Assembly: GCA_030390025.1 (NCBI GenBank)
Contig: CM059432.1
Coordinates: 9,114,001 to 9,178,000 of the forward strand
Origin: Squalus acanthias
Taxonomy: Eukaryota
Direction: 5' to 3'
Length of the DNA: 64,000 nucleotides
Below, piece by piece: positions 61,826 to 64,000 of the stretch. The position numbers and the translations under genes are program-made. Position 1 is the first letter of the stretch. Every line of letters starts with the position of its first letter. Below the pieces are notes generated by a model. It saw only the letters and a program-made list of their open reading frames with translations. It did not search any database and was not told where the DNA came from.

Positions 61826-62428
61826 TTTCAAATAAAACTGTTGGACTATAACCTGGTGTTGTGCGACTTCTCATATTCGTCCACCCCAGTCCAACACCGG
61901 CATCTCCGCATCAAAGTGAAGTATATTCACCTCTGTCTCCAGATGTGGGTGTGCAGGCGGACACAAAGCATCTGGCTTGCAGCCTGACCCGACCAGCAAT
62001 CCATCTCATTGATTCTCCTCTTCTTCTTCTGCTGAACATGATGTTTGGAGGGAGGGGGAGGAGCTGCAGTGGGATACCAGGTAAGCCAGTCGACCCAAGT
62101 GGTTGTCCGTGCCCTCTCAATGACACCTGGACTCCTGCATCAGCAAGGAGAGGTATCATAGCTCACTATGATAGACCTTTTGCCGTGAGGACTTCTTTTA
62201 CCAAAGGAGACTGTTCCGACAGACCTTCAGTCAGTGTTATGACCATGAGATGTTGAATGCCGGATTAACCTCTCCGCTGGCAAGTTCTTCAGAAGCACCT
62301 CAATCATTGTGTGCCATGCTTTCATCACTGGTGACCTTGGAAAAGGTCCAGAGGAGAGCGAGCAGAATGATTCCTATTTGAAAGAAGCTCAGCTATTTAG
62401 ATAGGCTAAAGGACCTTGGTCTATTTAC

Positions 62429-63154
62429 ATTGTCTACCTCATACGTTGCAGGAAAGGATGCCCCGGAGCATGGTACATCGGCGAGACCATGCAGACACTG
62501 CGACAACGTATGAACGGACACCGCGCAACAATCGCCAGGCAGGATTGTTACCTCCCAGTCGGGGAACACTTCAGCAGGCAAGGACATTCAGCCTCGAATC
62601 TTCGGGTAAGCGTTCTCCAAGGCGGCCTTCGAGACACACGACAACGCAAAATCATCGAGCAGAAACTGATAGCCAAGTTCCGCACCCATGAGGACGGCCT
62701 CAACCGGGATCTTGGGTTCATGTCACGCTACATGTAACCCCACCTGACGTAGAGTCATCCAGACTCGGGTCATCGTTGGCTTGTTCACAGATGTGATTTC
62801 CAGTAAAAAAAGTAAAAAGTTTAAAGTTTATGGTTTTCCATACAGACTGCATTTGACACATTAGACCCCCTGTGACTCCACCTCATTGTCTTAGTTGTAT
62901 TTTGCTATGTCTTTGATATAATGTCTTCCTGACTTACCTGATTGTCTCTCTGCCGAGGTGTGATAAAAGGCAGTCAGAAAGATTAACTGTAGTCGTCTGG
63001 CATTGTACTCTGCACAGGCATTGTTCTCTGTCTATATATGCTGTGCCCATTTGAATTCCTTCACTTCACCTGACGAAGGAGCAGCACTCCGAAAGCTTGT
63101 GATTTCAAATAAAACTGTTGGACTATAACCTGGTGTTGTGCGACTTCTCACTTT
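62429..63154 (+). mobile_element. Penelope-like family 1, 5'-truncated (GIY-YIG endonuclease and pLTR), 7-bp TSD
   Basis: IVYLIRCRKGCPGAWYIGETMQTLRQRMNGHR...EQKLI...GLNRD, stop at 62737; TATTTAC at 62422-62428 and 63155-63161. Confidence 0.9.
63066..63102 (+). ncRNA. Minimal type I hammerhead ribozyme motif (family 1)
   Basis: tcac-CTGACGA-a-ggag(cagca)ctcc-GAAA-gctt-gtga. Confidence 0.78.
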
Positions 63155-64000
63155 TATTTACGTTAGAGCAGCGTAGACTTAGAGGCGACCTGATAGAGGT
63201 CTACTACATAATTAAAGGGCTGGATACCGTGCCTATTGATAGATTATTCCAGTTTAACAGATTGGAGAGGACATGGGGACATGAGTTTAAACTATGTAAG
63301 AGCAGGAATGGACTAGATGTTGGGTGGATCTTCTTTTTCCAGAGTGCCGTGAGCGTCTGGGCACATTGCTGACTGGTGCGGTGGGTGTTGGATCTCTACA
63401 TGCCCTCAAGAGGGAGCTGGACCGGTTTCTGGCTGGAGCAGAGATCGCATCCTATAGAAGGTAAGTGTCTTTCTAGCTAATGCTTGGTCCACCTGTTCTC
63501 CTGGTCTGGTTCTGATCACCTGAAGGGGTCGGAGAGGACTATTCCAAAGTATTTTGTTCCCTTATTGGCCCTGATCTCTGTTTTCTTGCCTCTCCCAGGA
63601 GCTTACATGGCTGGGAGGGTGGGGGTGGGAGGGGGGGGCAGGGAGAGGGTAGGAAGTGTATATTCATGTTTCTCCAGCCATCATAAGGTGTGGGGTATAT
63701 GCTTGATGGACCAGCTGATCTTTTCCTTCCCGCTGCCTGTCAACTTTGTCTGTTGGTATGGTGCGAATGTACTTGGAATACTGAGCACAGTTCTGCTCTC
63801 CACAGTACAAGAAGGATGTTGCAGCTCTTGAGAAGATACAGGGGAACGCATCCAGAATGATCGCGATGATAGAGGGATTGGATTATGAGGCTGAGCAGGG
63901 AGCTCCTGAGGGTGAAGCAGAGGGGGCTGCAAAACCGAGGCTGCAGCAGCCCGCAGTATTTTTACTCCTGCTCCTCCTGGCTCCACAATAATGTAACTTG

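Larger units (their letters stand above)
61012..61912. mobile_element. Penelope-like family 1 insertion with inverted pLTRs and a 12-bp TSD
   Basis: 61012-~61367 is the reverse complement of ~61515-61870; 42-nt tail at 61871-61912; AAAGTGAAGTAT at 61000-61011 and 61913-61924. Confidence 0.9.
62330..63725 (+). mobile_element. Old CR1 3' fragment split by a Penelope-like insertion
   Basis: Removing 62429-63161 restores DLGLFTLEQRRLRGDLIEVY. Confidence 0.8.

Noticed and set aside
1..64000. CRISPR arrays, operons, rRNA or other prokaryotic systems
   Set aside because: No regularly spaced repeat-spacer array or gene-dense segment; the content is vertebrate interspersed repeats.

Overview
This is repeat-dense vertebrate genomic DNA, inferred to be from a shark or other cartilaginous fish given its CR1, L2 and RTE LINEs, Deu-type tRNA SINE and Penelope-like elements. 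No host gene can be named; there is one weak candidate first exon at 3239-3388. The main contents are: (1) many 5'-truncated CR1 and CR1/L2-group LINE tails, a ~3.5 kb CR1 with an ORF1 esterase and an APE-RT ORF2, an RTE fragment and L2 tails; (2) two tRNA-derived SINE families, each sharing its 3' end with a LINE family present here; (3) a PIF/Harbinger-type system of more than 12 MITEs with related GGG...AATTTT terminal inverted repeats (TIRs) and often 3-bp target-site duplications (TSDs), plus a 3255-bp transposase-less element carrying an intact 3-exon, 488-aa Myb/SANT-like gene; (4) two Penelope-like (GIY-YIG) families carrying seven minimal hammerhead-ribozyme motifs, with stem covariation, including an inverted-pLTR insertion with a 12-bp TSD; (5) a solo LTR whose empty paralogous site lies about 1.5 kb downstream. 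Coordinates were read by eye: repeat boundaries are approximate, while TIR, TSD, exon and ribozyme coordinates were counted base by base.
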